Source: Candidatus Eiseniibacteriota bacterium
Lineage (GTDB): Bacteria > Eisenbacteria > RBG-16-71-46
NCBI GenBank assembly: GCA_963725865.1
Contig: CAVSAC010000010.1
Location: 1,094,922 to 1,158,921, forward strand
DNA length: 64,000 bases
Direction of reading: 5' to 3'
This document shows positions 18,597 to 31,270 of this stretch, piece after piece (the first letter of the stretch is position 1; every line of letters begins with the position of its first letter). The notes beneath the pieces are model-generated. The model searched no databases, had not been told where the DNA came from, and saw nothing but the letters and a program-made list of their open reading frames with translations. Both the position numbers and the translations under genes were made by a program.

Positions 18597-19483
18597 GAGC
18601 GGCCGTACAGGATGAACACCACTACCGCGAGGTACAGCAGCAGCACGACGCGGAGCGGCCGGTCGGTCAGCAGCACCAGCGATGGGTCCTCGCTGGTCTC
18701 GGAGACCTTCACCAGATACAGGTACCGGAAGATCCCGTAGGCCACGAACGGCACGGTGTAGAGCAGCGACTGGGTGTGGAACTTGGCCACCGTGGCCGGC
18801 CAGATGGTGTAGAGCGCGTACGACATCACGGAGGTCGCGGCCGAGATCAGCAGCATCCCGTCGAGCAGGTCGGCCGGGTACTGCGACAGCACCGCGCGCT
18901 GCGTGGCCGCCTCACCGCCGGCGTTCGCGATCTCGCGGCGGCGCTTGCTCAGGGCCAGGAACAGCGCGCCGAAGAACGTGCACACCAGCAGCCACGGCGA
19001 CAGCTCGGTGCCGGGCGACACCGGGCGCAGCAGCTCGACCCCGGCGATCGCGCGCAGCACGAAGCCGAGTGCGATGATGAACACGTCGACGATCACCTGG
19101 CGCTTGAGCCAGAAGGAGTAGACGAAGTTCATCACCAGGTACAGCCCCGCCACCGCGGCGAACGCCGCGCCCAGCCACCACGACAGCGCGATGACCGCGG
19201 CCGCGATCGGCGGAATCGAGGCGAGCGCCGCCGCGCGCGGCAGGCGGCCCGACGGGATCGGCCGGTTCTTCTTGCGCGGGTGCTGGCGATCCGATTCGGC
19301 GTCGGCCATGTCGTTCAGCAGGTAGACGGTGCCCGACAGGAGGCAGAACGCGACGAATCCGCCGACCGCGCGCAGCACCAGCGTCCGGTCGCCGAACTGA
19401 AGCGAGAACAACAGTCCCGCGAACAGCAGCAGGTTCTTGGTCCACTGCTTCGGCCGCAGCGTCTCGATCAGCGCGAGGATCAC
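18593..19483 (-). CDS. UbiA-superfamily decaprenyl-phosphate phosphoribosyltransferase-like protein
   Basis: RPKQWTKN, YLLND..D...DRQHPRKKNRPIPSG, SKRRRE. Confidence 0.88.
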   Translation of the reverse strand: MILALIETLRPKQWTKNLLLFAGLLFSLQFGDRTLVLRAVGGFVAFCLLSGTVYLLNDMADAESDRQHPRKKNRPIPSGRLPRAAALASIPPIAAAVIALSWWLGAAFAAVAGLYLVMNFVYSFWLKRQVIVDVFIIALGFVLRAIAGVELLRPVSPGTELSPWLLVCTFFGALFLALSKRRREIANAGGEAATQRAVLSQYPADLLDGMLLISAATSVMSYALYTIWPATVAKFHTQSLLYTVPFVAYGIFRYLYLVKVSETSEDPSLVLLTDRPLRVVLLLYLAVVVFILYGRS

Positions 19484-20136
19484 GACCGCGCCTTCCGCGG
19501 CTTCCGCGCCCCGCCCCGCGGGGTCGCCGACGTGCGCTCGGGCGGGAACATCGCGCGCTCGACCAACTCGCACAGGGCGTGGCCCATCGCGATGTGCCCC
19601 TCCTGGATGCGCGGCGTGAAGTCGCTGGGCGTGATCAGGGCGAAGTCGCACACGGCGGCGAAGCGGCGGCCCTTCAGCCCTGTCATGCCGACCACGATCA
19701 CGCCCATGGCATGCGCGCTCTCGACCGCACGCAGGATGTTCTCCGATCCCCCGCTGGTGGTGATCGCGACCAGCACGTCGCCCGGCATCGCCACGCCCTC
19801 GAGCTGGCGCGAGAAGACCTGGTCGAAGCCGAAGTCGTTGCCGATCGCGGTGAGCGCCGAGGAGTTGGTCGTGAGCGCGGTCGCGGCCAGCGCCGGTCGG
19901 TCGGTCAGGTAACGGCCCGCGAGCTCCGCGGCCAGGTGTTGCGCGTCCGCAGCGCTGCCGCCGTTGCCGCAGAAGTACACGGTGCCGCCGCTCTCGAGAC
20001 ACGCCACCAGCGCCTCGGCGGCCTCGGCCACCGTGCGCGTGCAGGCGCGCTCGAGGCGCCGCATCGCCGCGCCGGCGTCGCGCAGGACCGCGCGCGCCTC
20101 GCGCTCGAGGGGACCCCGCCTGCTCGTCCGCTTCAC
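19480..20136 (-). CDS. gmhA: D-sedoheptulose 7-phosphate isomerase
   Basis: CGNGGSAADAQHLAAEL, NDFGF, TTSGGS, TPRIQEGH. Confidence 0.93.
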   Translation of the reverse strand: MKRTSRRGPLEREARAVLRDAGAAMRRLERACTRTVAEAAEALVACLESGGTVYFCGNGGSAADAQHLAAELAGRYLTDRPALAATALTTNSSALTAIGNDFGFDQVFSRQLEGVAMPGDVLVAITTSGGSENILRAVESAHAMGVIVVGMTGLKGRRFAAVCDFALITPSDFTPRIQEGHIAMGHALCELVERAMFPPERTSATPRGGARKPRKARS

Positions 20137-20158
20137 GCCTGCTCCTTCCCCGCCGCGC

Positions 20159-21004
20159 TCAGCGCGCGACGCTGTCGAGATAGCGGTCCGCGGCCTCGCT
20201 CCAGTGCGGCATGCGCCGCCCGGTCACGTGCCGGAACCAACCGTTGTCGAGCACCGAGTACGCGGGTCGCGGCGCCGGCCGGCCGAGGCTGGCACTGTCG
20301 GTGCGCGCGACCTCGACCGCGAGCCCCGAGCGCGCCACGAGGTGGGACGCGAACTCGTGCCACGTGCAGTCGCCTTCGTTGGTGCAATGGTAGGTGCCGT
20401 ACTGCGCCCGCTCCGCCAGCGCCACCAGCGCGGGCGCCAGGTCCTGGGTCCACGTCGGCGAGCCGCGCTGGTCGTCGACCACGCGCAGTGGCTCGCCGGC
20501 GCGCGCGCGCGCCAGGATCGTGTCCGGGAAATTCGCTCCCCCGGCGCCGTACAGCCACGCGGTGCGCACGATGACGTGGCGCACGTTCACCTCGCGCACG
20601 GCCTGCTCGCCGGCCCACTTCGACGCGCCGTACACCGAGCGCGGCGCCACCGGGTCGTGCTCGCGCCACGGTCGCGTGCCGGCGCCCCCGAACACGTAGT
20701 CGGTCGAGAGGGCGAGCACGCTCGCCCCGACCGTGGCCGCCGCGAGCGCCGCGTTCTTGGCGCCCAGTCCGTTCACCAGGTGCGCGCGGTCCGGATCGGA
20801 CTCGCACTCGTCCACCTTCGTGTACGCCGCCAGATGGAAGATCCAGTCCGGCCGCGCCAGCCGCGTCGCGCGCGCCAGCGCCTCGAAGTCCGTGACGTCG
20901 CAGTCGGTCTCGTCCGGAGCCGCCACGGCGTGCCCCCCGCGCTCGAGCGCCGGGACCAGCGCGCGCGCCAGCATGCCCGCGGCGCCGGTGATGAGCGCTC
21001 TCAC
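20159..21004 (-). CDS. rfbD: dTDP-4-dehydrorhamnose reductase
   Basis: ITGAAGML, AAYTKVD.CE, STDYVF, YGASK, DQRGSPT. Confidence 0.93.
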   Translation of the reverse strand: MRALITGAAGMLARALVPALERGGHAVAAPDETDCDVTDFEALARATRLARPDWIFHLAAYTKVDECESDPDRAHLVNGLGAKNAALAAATVGASVLALSTDYVFGGAGTRPWREHDPVAPRSVYGASKWAGEQAVREVNVRHVIVRTAWLYGAGGANFPDTILARARAGEPLRVVDDQRGSPTWTQDLAPALVALAERAQYGTYHCTNEGDCTWHEFASHLVARSGLAVEVARTDSASLGRPAPRPAYSVLDNGWFRHVTGRRMPHWSEAADRYLDSVAR

Positions 21005-22125
21005 GCCAGCTCCACCCGGCTCGAGTCGCCGAGCATCAGGCGATGCGCGCGTGGACGCACGCCGCTCGCGGTCACCACCGCCTCGCGCCCGATCAGGCTC
21101 GACTCGATGCGGTAGGGCACGTGCGAGATGCGGCTGCGCTCGAGCACGATCGAGTGCTCGATCTCGCAGTGGTCGAGCGTCACGCCCTCGGCGATCGACG
21201 TGAACGGGCCCACGTAGCTGTCGCGGACCACCGCGCCGGCGCCGATGATCAGCGGTCCGCGCAGGCGCGAGCGCTCGACGACCGCGCCACGCCCGATGTG
21301 CACCACGCCCTCGATCTGCGTCGCGGCGTCCACCCGGCCCTCCTGGGCGGGCTCGATCGCGCCCAGCATCATGCGGTTGCCCTCGAGCATGTCCTCGACC
21401 TTGCCGGTGTCCTTCCACCACCCGCCGATGATATGCGAGCGGACCCGCTTGCCCGACGAGATCAGGTGCTGGATGGCGTCGGTGATCTCGAGTTCGCCGC
21501 GCTTGCTGGGCTGGATCGCGTCCACCGCGTCGAAGATGCACGCGCTGAACAGGTACACGCCCACCAGCGCGAGGTCGCTCTTGGGATGCTGCGGCTTCTC
21601 CTCCAGACGCACGACGCGGTCGCCCTCCAGCTCGGCCACGCCGAACTCCGACGGCGTCTTCACGTGCGCCAGCAGGATCTGGGCATCCGGCTGCTCGGCC
21701 TCGAACTCGCGCACGAACGGCGTGACGCCGTCCTTGATCAGGTTGTCGCCCAGGTACATGACGAACGGCTCGCCCGCCATGTAGGCGCGCGCGATCTTGA
21801 CCGCGTGCGCCAGCCCGAGCGGGGCCGACTGCTCGATGTACGTGACCTTCAGCCCGAAGCGCGACCCGTCGCCGACCGCGGCGCGGATCTCGGCCTGCGA
21901 ATTCACCATGACGGTGTTCATCTCGCCGGTGCGGTGGTCGGGCCGCAGCATCTCGGTGGGATCGCTCACGATGATGCCCACCTCGGTGATGCCGGCGGCG
22001 CGCAGCGCCTCGAGGCCGTAGAACAGCACCGGCTTGTTCGCCACCGGCACCAGCTGCTTGGCGCTGGTGTGGGTGATGGGTCGCAGCCGGGTGCCGCGGC
22101 CACCGGCGAGAACGAGCGCTTTCAT
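21001..22125 (-). CDS. rfbA: Glucose-1-phosphate thymidylyltransferase (long form with LbH tail)
   Basis: LAGGRGTRLRPITHT.AKQLVPVANKP, YLGDN, EEKP, RGELEITDA, WKDTG. Confidence 0.92.
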   Translation of the reverse strand: MKALVLAGGRGTRLRPITHTSAKQLVPVANKPVLFYGLEALRAAGITEVGIIVSDPTEMLRPDHRTGEMNTVMVNSQAEIRAAVGDGSRFGLKVTYIEQSAPLGLAHAVKIARAYMAGEPFVMYLGDNLIKDGVTPFVREFEAEQPDAQILLAHVKTPSEFGVAELEGDRVVRLEEKPQHPKSDLALVGVYLFSACIFDAVDAIQPSKRGELEITDAIQHLISSGKRVRSHIIGGWWKDTGKVEDMLEGNRMMLGAIEPAQEGRVDAATQIEGVVHIGRGAVVERSRLRGPLIIGAGAVVRDSYVGPFTSIAEGVTLDHCEIEHSIVLERSRISHVPYRIESSLIGREAVVTASGVRPRAHRLMLGDSSRVELA

Positions 22126-22136
22126 GGGTCTCCTCA

Positions 22137-24966
<2,830 letters not shown>

Positions 24967-25011
24967 TGAACGTCGGCGGCCGCACCCATCGCCGCGCGCG
25001 CGGCGCCCCGC

Positions 25012-27432
25012 TCACCGCAAGCGCGCGATGCGCTGCACCAGCGACTGTCCGTCGGCGTCCAGGCGCGCCAGGTAGAGCCCCGCGGGCAGCATCGCCCCGC
25101 CGTCGCCGCGACCATCCCAGGTGATCAGGTGCCGGCCGGCCGGCCACGCGCCGTCGAGCAGCGTGCGCACGCGCCGCCCGCCGACGTCGAACAGGGACAG
25201 GCTCACGTGCGCGGCCTGCGGCAGCTCCAGCCGGAGCGCGCACGTGGTCGTGCGCACCGGGTTGGCGCCGGCGATCGCGAGCCCGAGTCGCGTCGGCAGG
25301 CCGCCCTCGCCCACCGCGAGCGCCCCCGTCGGAAGCACGGTAGCGTACGGGCCGATGTTCCCGTGCACATCCATCGCCGCGACCTTGTAGTAGTAGGGAG
25401 CGCCGGCGGGATCCGTGTAGCTCAGACCCGTGAGCGAGGCGATCAGCGTCGCGGGTCCCGGCACGAAGGACGCCGAGAGCCCGCGATGAAGGACGTAACC
25501 CGCCAGATCGCCGTCGGCGGGCGCGCCCCATACGAGCACGGACGTTCCGGCTGCGAAGATCCCGGCGAAGGGTGCGGGCGCCTGGGGGGCGAGGTTGTCG
25601 ACCGAGTGTCCGCTGTCGGCAGGTGAGCTCCAGAACACGCCGCTCGTGACGGAGCGCGCCTCGACCATGAATGCGGTGTACGGGTCGTGTCCGGGGGTCG
25701 AGTCCGAGACGGTCGGCGCGACGTAGCTGTACGCGGACAACAGGCTGGCCGGCTGACTGGCCAGGTACTCCCACGCGTAACCCGCGGCGTCCGCCCTGAA
25801 GAGCCGCTGGCCCGGGACAGGCGTCTTGTCCGTCGCGTCCTCCCCAGCCCAGCGCCCTCCGCGCGCGACGGCCGCCTGCGCGACGGCGGTCGGGGTCGAG
25901 CGCCACACCCAGTAGGACGCGATGCTCGCGAGGGGCTCGGCGTCGTAGGGGCTCGCGCTCCATTGCACGCGCACCGCCCCGCCCTGATCGCCGGCCACAT
26001 CGCGCACGGAAGTCAGGTGCGGCGCGACATCGCCCAGCGCGCCGAAGCGGTCGAGGTGCTGGAACTCGCCGTATCCGTCGCTCCATGCCACGTACGCGCC
26101 GCCGGCCGGATCTCCCACCACGAAGCCCGGGCTCTGCTGTGCCCCCACCTCGGTGGCGAGTGGCTGACCGTCGTACGCAAAGCCCGGTGCCGTGAGGCCG
26201 TCCGGGCGGATGCGCGTGCCGTAGACGTCGTTCTCGAGACCCGAGCCGCTGCGGCGGTCGGTCCAGATGACGACGGCCTCCTGCGCGCCATCGAGGTCGA
26301 TCCCCAGCGGGGTCTGCATGTCGGCGGCGGTACAGACCGCGAGGCCCGCGGCGGGCCATCCCGGCGCCGCAATACCTGCGATGGTGAGGCGCTGCACGAA
26401 CACATCCAGCGACCCGTAACGGGAATCCGAGATGGCCGTCCAGAGGTCGTTCTGCGCGTCGACCACTGCCACCACGCTGCCCTGCGGGCCCCCGCCATCG
26501 GCGACCGGCAGGCCGTCGTTGAACGGCCAGCCGCTGACCGAGACCTGGCTGCTCCCCTGCATGCACTCGGCATAGACGGTGTAGTTGGCCGTGCGACCAT
26601 CACGCCAGACCACGTAGTAGAGATCGCCACTACCGGCGACGATGCCGTAGAGGTACTGGTCGTTCACCGCGGTGCAGATGTCGCGCGCAAAGGAGAACGA
26701 ACCATCCGAGAGGTTGTGGAACACCATCTTGATGTCGATCGTCGCTCCACCGAGGTTGGTCTTGTACTGGTAGGCGATGCCCAGTTGGCCACCGGTGAGC
26801 ACCGGCTGGGGAGACGTCTCGTATTGGACCGAGGTGAGGATTCCCCGGTTCCAGAGCACGGCGCCCGCACCGCTGACACGCGCGCCGTAGACGTCCCAAT
26901 CGGAACCCGAGTAGAGGAACCCCCAAACCACCAGCGCCCCACCCACCCCGTCGCCGACGATCTGCGGGAAGTACTCCATGTTGGCAGCCGACGTCAGCGG
27001 GATGCCGCGCGCCGGCCAGCCGGCCGCGATCGCGCCCGCGGCGGTCACGTGCTGCACGAAGATGTCGTACGAGGTGGCCGGGTTGCGCCCGTCCTCCCAC
27101 GCCACGAACACCCCGCCGCTGCCGTCGGGAGCGATCACTGCGTCTCCACGATTGCCCGAGGTATCCGCCAGCACGATCCCCGAGGCGGGCCAGCTACCGA
27201 TCGGCCCACCGTTCGGGCCCTGCCGGTAGACCCGGACCTGCTGGCCGATCCCGTAGCCCATCGCCACGACGAAGGCCCCGCCCGCGCCATCCGTGCATCC
27301 GACGACGCTGGTGGTCGCGCCCGGCAGCGGGTTCGGGACGTTGGGGCTGATGGGAAACGCGGCGTACGCGGCGGTCGCGCAGAGGGCGATGGACGCGAGG
27401 GCGAGCGCGGCGACGAGCATCCGGTGGCTCAT
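25012..27432 (-). CDS. Large secreted repeat (beta-propeller-like) protein with FN3-like domains and C-terminal T9SS/FlgD-Ig-like domain
   Basis: Signal peptide MSHRMLVAALAL...AYA; repeated DGxGGxxVxWxDxR...D[IV][FY]xQ units; DVAGDQGG; SVDNLAP; tail GANP...LFDVGGRRV...WDGR...GLYLARL. Confidence 0.8.
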   Translation of the reverse strand: MSHRMLVAALALASIALCATAAYAAFPISPNVPNPLPGATTSVVGCTDGAGGAFVVAMGYGIGQQVRVYRQGPNGGPIGSWPASGIVLADTSGNRGDAVIAPDGSGGVFVAWEDGRNPATSYDIFVQHVTAAGAIAAGWPARGIPLTSAANMEYFPQIVGDGVGGALVVWGFLYSGSDWDVYGARVSGAGAVLWNRGILTSVQYETSPQPVLTGGQLGIAYQYKTNLGGATIDIKMVFHNLSDGSFSFARDICTAVNDQYLYGIVAGSGDLYYVVWRDGRTANYTVYAECMQGSSQVSVSGWPFNDGLPVADGGGPQGSVVAVVDAQNDLWTAISDSRYGSLDVFVQRLTIAGIAAPGWPAAGLAVCTAADMQTPLGIDLDGAQEAVVIWTDRRSGSGLENDVYGTRIRPDGLTAPGFAYDGQPLATEVGAQQSPGFVVGDPAGGAYVAWSDGYGEFQHLDRFGALGDVAPHLTSVRDVAGDQGGAVRVQWSASPYDAEPLASIASYWVWRSTPTAVAQAAVARGGRWAGEDATDKTPVPGQRLFRADAAGYAWEYLASQPASLLSAYSYVAPTVSDSTPGHDPYTAFMVEARSVTSGVFWSSPADSGHSVDNLAPQAPAPFAGIFAAGTSVLVWGAPADGDLAGYVLHRGLSASFVPGPATLIASLTGLSYTDPAGAPYYYKVAAMDVHGNIGPYATVLPTGALAVGEGGLPTRLGLAIAGANPVRTTTCALRLELPQAAHVSLSLFDVGGRRVRTLLDGAWPAGRHLITWDGRGDGGAMLPAGLYLARLDADGQSLVQRIARLR

Positions 27433-27620
27433 GCAGGGTCTCCGTTGGGGGTGCGGATGTCGGGTGGACGACGGCGGGACTCGCCGCGATTGTAGACGTC
27501 GGGCGCGCGCAGCGATATGGAGGACTTGGGGGCGCGCGATGCGCCGGGCCGGGCGAGACGTCATCGCGGGAGCGCGACACGGGTGCGAGCGCGTTCGTGA
27601 CTCCCCGCTTCGCGGCCCGG

Positions 27621-28166
27621 TCACCGCGCGTCGAGCGCGTCCATGAGGCGCGAGATCTCCTCGAGCTCGTCGGGCTCGAGCACCTCGCGCGCCATCGGGA
27701 AGAGGATCGCCTCCTCCTTGCCGAAGTGCTCGTCGAGCAGCCGCACGATCTCGGCGCCGCTGGCACGCAACGCCGCCGCGTCATCGCCGGCCGCCGCCAG
27801 GTCCTTCAGGCGCTCCCCGCCCGCCACGATCGCCGGATGCTCGATCTGATTGAGCTGGTGGAGCGTGGCGCGGAACAGGTCGGCCTGGGCGTGGATGGCG
27901 TGGTGCTCCTCGCGCATCACCCGGGTGGGGCCCTCGCCGCTGCCGAGCACGCGCTCGAGCGCCGGGAACAGCGCCTCGTCCTCGCGCCGCGCGTGCGCGA
28001 GCAGTTCGGTCTCGATCATGCGCGCGGTGCCGCGCAACGCGGGCAACGACTCGGCCAGCGCGGCGGGGCCGCGCTGCTCCAGCGCCCGCACGGCGGCGCG
28101 CAGATCGCCGACCTGCCGCATGATGCCCTGGTGCTCCCACAGCAGACGGTCGATCGGATCGCGCAT
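27621..28166 (-). CDS. Hemerythrin-like (HHE) domain protein
   Basis: LLWEH, HARREDEALFP, MREEH, HFGKEEAILFP; GGAGG RBS. Confidence 0.88.
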   Translation of the reverse strand: MRDPIDRLLWEHQGIMRQVGDLRAAVRALEQRGPAALAESLPALRGTARMIETELLAHARREDEALFPALERVLGSGEGPTRVMREEHHAIHAQADLFRATLHQLNQIEHPAIVAGGERLKDLAAAGDDAAALRASGAEIVRLLDEHFGKEEAILFPMAREVLEPDELEEISRLMDALDAR

Positions 28167-28208
28167 GACGCCTCCAGGGACTCGAGTGGAACGCGGAACC
28201 CGGGCAGG

Positions 28209-28329
28209 CTACTCCTCGTCCGCCTCGGGCTCCTCCGCCATCTCCAGCGCCCGCCGGATGGTGCCGCCGTCGAAGCCGCGCCGCGCGAGCAGGGCGTGGA
28301 GCCGCTGGCGGCGGGTACGCTCGTCGAGC
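28209..28329 (-). repeat. Degenerate duplicate of the last 121 bp of recX (direct repeat with 30734-30854)
   Basis: 114 of 121 nt identical by manual alignment, including the stop codon; no start codon. Confidence 0.9.
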
Positions 28330-28343
28330 GCCTGCCGACCCCC

Positions 28344-30683
28344 CTACCGGATCCGCACAACGCGCCCCGTCCAGATGCTCCTGCCCGCCTGCGCGCGCAC
28401 CAGGTAGAGCCCGGGCGGCACGGCTGCGCCGTGCTCGTCGCGGCCGTCCCAGCGGAACGATCGCGTGCCGGGCTCCGCGGGCCCGGCAGTGGTGCGCCAG
28501 AGCCGGCGACCGCCCACGTCAAATACCTCGATTGAGAGCGCGGATGGCGTGGGCAGAGCGAGCCGGATGGAGACCTCTTCCGAGAACGGATTGGGCGTCA
28601 TTCTCAGGCTGGCGACTGCCACGGCCGGAGTCGTCCGCGGGACGTCGAGGATGCCCTCGCCGAGCTGGAGCGCTGCGAAGTGGTTGTTCGAGCCGGCGTA
28701 CGGCAGCTCGCCGCCGAAGGCGAGAATGCGTTGCCTCAGCGGATCGAAGGCGGCAGCCGTACCCAACAGGCGCTCCGTGAACGGATCCCGCGGATGGAAG
28801 ATCCTCCAACCGAGTTCCGGATGGGCGAGGTCGAGTATCGAGGTCGAATCCGCGAACTCACCCATCGACACGATCCGGTCGTGAGCGGCGTCGTAGACCA
28901 GTCCCGAGGATGCGTGCGTTATCGGTCCCCCGGTCGACAGGCGAGTCCACTGCCGTGCGCCGTCGAGCGCGAGCGCCCAGGTGTCACTGCCGCCGATGAT
29001 CATCCGACGACGGAGGGGATCGATCACGGCGCCGTGTTCATAGCGCGCGGCGGGGAGCGGGCCCGCGACGGCGAGAGATTCCCACGCTGCAGCCGGCGAG
29101 AGATGCAGGAGCCAGGTGTCGTTCGAATACGCCGAGGAGGTGAGGCCCCCAAAGTAGATCACCTGGTCGTGGACCGGGTCGTACACGGCCGAGTGTCCGC
29201 GCCGCGGGCTCGGCGGCGTTCCGCTCGGGGTCGGCGTCGTCCACGTCGGCACCGCGCCGCCGAACTCGAGCGCGTGCAGATCCCCGAGCAGCACATAGAA
29301 GGTCAGATAGCCATCGCTCGTCTCGCCGCCGAACACGATGAGTCGGTCGCGAATCGGGTCCAGCACCGCCGCCGACTGATCGCGTGGCGTCGCGCCGTTG
29401 GCCGCCTCCGCCACCAACTGCCAGCCATCCGGAGTCCAGGACCACGTTTCGCCGAGCGAGAGCGGGCGGCCCCAGGGAGCGTGCGGCGGGTTGTCGAGCC
29501 CGCCGTAGAGGACGAACCGGTCGCGCGGGGCATCGAACAGCGCGCTGGCGTAGGTGCGTTTGCGCGGCGTTCCATCCGAGGGCATCAGCGGCTGCCAGGT
29601 GGCGGGGAGCGGTGGCAGCAGGGAGATCGCGCCGGGTACGGTGCGGTAGCCCGGCTCGCCCCAGCCTCCCAGGGAGACGATGCGCTGGCGGCGTGAGTCG
29701 TAGACGGTGGCGTGGCCCGATGCCCGCCAGCCGGGGTAAACCAGGATCGAGAGCGTCGGCGAGGTGCCGAGCGTGAGCGCGAGGTCCTCCGGCGCGGTCC
29801 AGATGTGCTCGGTGAACGGATCGTCCCCACCTGTGATGATCATGCGGTCGCCGATCGGATCGTAGACGGCCTTCGCTCCCGAGCGGCGGAGCTCCTGCAT
29901 GTCCTGCCGGGCGCGGAGTTGGACCCACGCGCCGCCCGCGAGCGGCAGCGCCCACGCGTCGTCGAACAGGTTGGAGCCGCCCGGGTATCCGGCGCCGCCA
30001 TAGATCACCAAGCGGTCCCGCACTGGATCGCGGATGACGCACGACAGGTAACGCCACGCTGGCCGTGGCCCCGACCCGATGACCGGCGACCAGCACGGCG
30101 TGCCGTGCAGCGGCAGCGCGGTGATGGCTCCGCCGTCGAAGACCACCAGGCGGTCGCGGATCGGGTCATAGATCCCGGCCAGGGTCTGATCGGGCTCCCA
30201 TGGGTCGAACACGGGTGGCGTGCAGAACTCGCTCAGAGTCGACAGGCGCGACCACGTCATCGGCGTGGCGAGCGAGAGCGCCCACACCACGCTGTCCTCG
30301 GGGAAACCGTAGAGCAGCATCCGATCGCGCGTCGGGTCGATCACCGCGAATCCGTGCTCGAATGCGGTTGGCCCCGAGCCGATCGTCTCCTGCTGGACCC
30401 ACAGCGGAGCGGCGTCCCCGAACTGGAGCGCCCACACCGTCGAAGCACCTCCGCCGAAGCTGAGCACGCGATCGCGCAGCGAGTCGTACACGGCGACCAG
30501 CCCATAGCGCTGCAGCGGTGGGATCTCCTGCCACACGCCGTCGCCAATCACCGGCGGCGTGACTGTGGATGCGTCGGGCCGCGGCCACGGCGAGTCGGTT
30601 GGCGTGGCCGCGGCGCTCGCCGGAGGTGGACTCGGCGCGAGCATCACGACGAGAGCGAGTGCACCCCAAGGGATCGCGCGCAT
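28344..30683 (-). CDS. Secreted Kelch-repeat beta-propeller protein with C-terminal T9SS/FlgD-Ig-like domain
   Basis: Signal peptide MRAIPWGALAL...ASA; about 12 repeats of R.GHSAVYDP.RDR..[IV]FGG...W; tail TPNPF...FDVGGRRL...WDGRD...GLYLVR. Confidence 0.85.
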   Translation of the reverse strand: MRAIPWGALALVVMLAPSPPPASAAATPTDSPWPRPDASTVTPPVIGDGVWQEIPPLQRYGLVAVYDSLRDRVLSFGGGASTVWALQFGDAAPLWVQQETIGSGPTAFEHGFAVIDPTRDRMLLYGFPEDSVVWALSLATPMTWSRLSTLSEFCTPPVFDPWEPDQTLAGIYDPIRDRLVVFDGGAITALPLHGTPCWSPVIGSGPRPAWRYLSCVIRDPVRDRLVIYGGAGYPGGSNLFDDAWALPLAGGAWVQLRARQDMQELRRSGAKAVYDPIGDRMIITGGDDPFTEHIWTAPEDLALTLGTSPTLSILVYPGWRASGHATVYDSRRQRIVSLGGWGEPGYRTVPGAISLLPPLPATWQPLMPSDGTPRKRTYASALFDAPRDRFVLYGGLDNPPHAPWGRPLSLGETWSWTPDGWQLVAEAANGATPRDQSAAVLDPIRDRLIVFGGETSDGYLTFYVLLGDLHALEFGGAVPTWTTPTPSGTPPSPRRGHSAVYDPVHDQVIYFGGLTSSAYSNDTWLLHLSPAAAWESLAVAGPLPAARYEHGAVIDPLRRRMIIGGSDTWALALDGARQWTRLSTGGPITHASSGLVYDAAHDRIVSMGEFADSTSILDLAHPELGWRIFHPRDPFTERLLGTAAAFDPLRQRILAFGGELPYAGSNNHFAALQLGEGILDVPRTTPAVAVASLRMTPNPFSEEVSIRLALPTPSALSIEVFDVGGRRLWRTTAGPAEPGTRSFRWDGRDEHGAAVPPGLYLVRAQAGRSIWTGRVVRIR

Positions 30684-30733
30684 GGCGGCTCCTGCTGCGG
30701 GGGAACGGCCGGCGGAGGGTCTCGCGAGAGATT

Positions 30734-31270
30734 CTACTCCTCGCCCGCCTCCGGCTCGTCCGCCATCTCCAGCGCCCGCCGGATGGTGTCGCCGTCGAAT
30801 CCGCGCCGCGCGAGCAGGGCGTAGAGCCGCTGGCGGCGGGTGCGCTCGTCGAGCCTCGCGTAGCGGCGCACCGCCTGCGCCAGCGTCTTGCGCGCCGCCT
30901 CCAGCTCGTCGCTCGCGCCCTCGCGCTCCTCGAGTCGCGCGCGGGCGGCGGCGATGTCGTCGGCCGCGATCCCCTTGCCGCGCAGCTCGCCCTCGAGCCG
31001 CCGCCAGCCGGCCATGCGCCGGTGCAGCCGCCCGGCGAGCCAGGCGCGCGCGAACTCCACGTCGTCCACCAACCCGACCTCGACCAGCCGGTCCAGCACC
31101 TGGTCCACGGTCGCGGCGGCGTAGCCCCTGTCGCGCAGCCGCCGCGCGAGGTCGGCGCGGGTGCGGCGCAGCCGCTCGAGCAGCCGCAGCGCGTCCTCGC
31201 GGCAAGCGGTGGCGTCGGTAATGGGCTCCGCGCCCGGGTCGCGGCGGCGCGGCGCGCGCGTGGCGCTCAT
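30734..31270 (-). CDS. recX: Regulatory protein RecX
   Basis: ALRLL...RT..DL..RL..RGY, GLVDD.EFA, ELRGKG, LARRGF; downstream of recA. Confidence 0.9.
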   Translation of the reverse strand: MSATRAPRRRDPGAEPITDATACREDALRLLERLRRTRADLARRLRDRGYAAATVDQVLDRLVEVGLVDDVEFARAWLAGRLHRRMAGWRRLEGELRGKGIAADDIAAARARLEEREGASDELEAARKTLAQAVRRYARLDERTRRQRLYALLARRGFDGDTIRRALEMADEPEAGEE

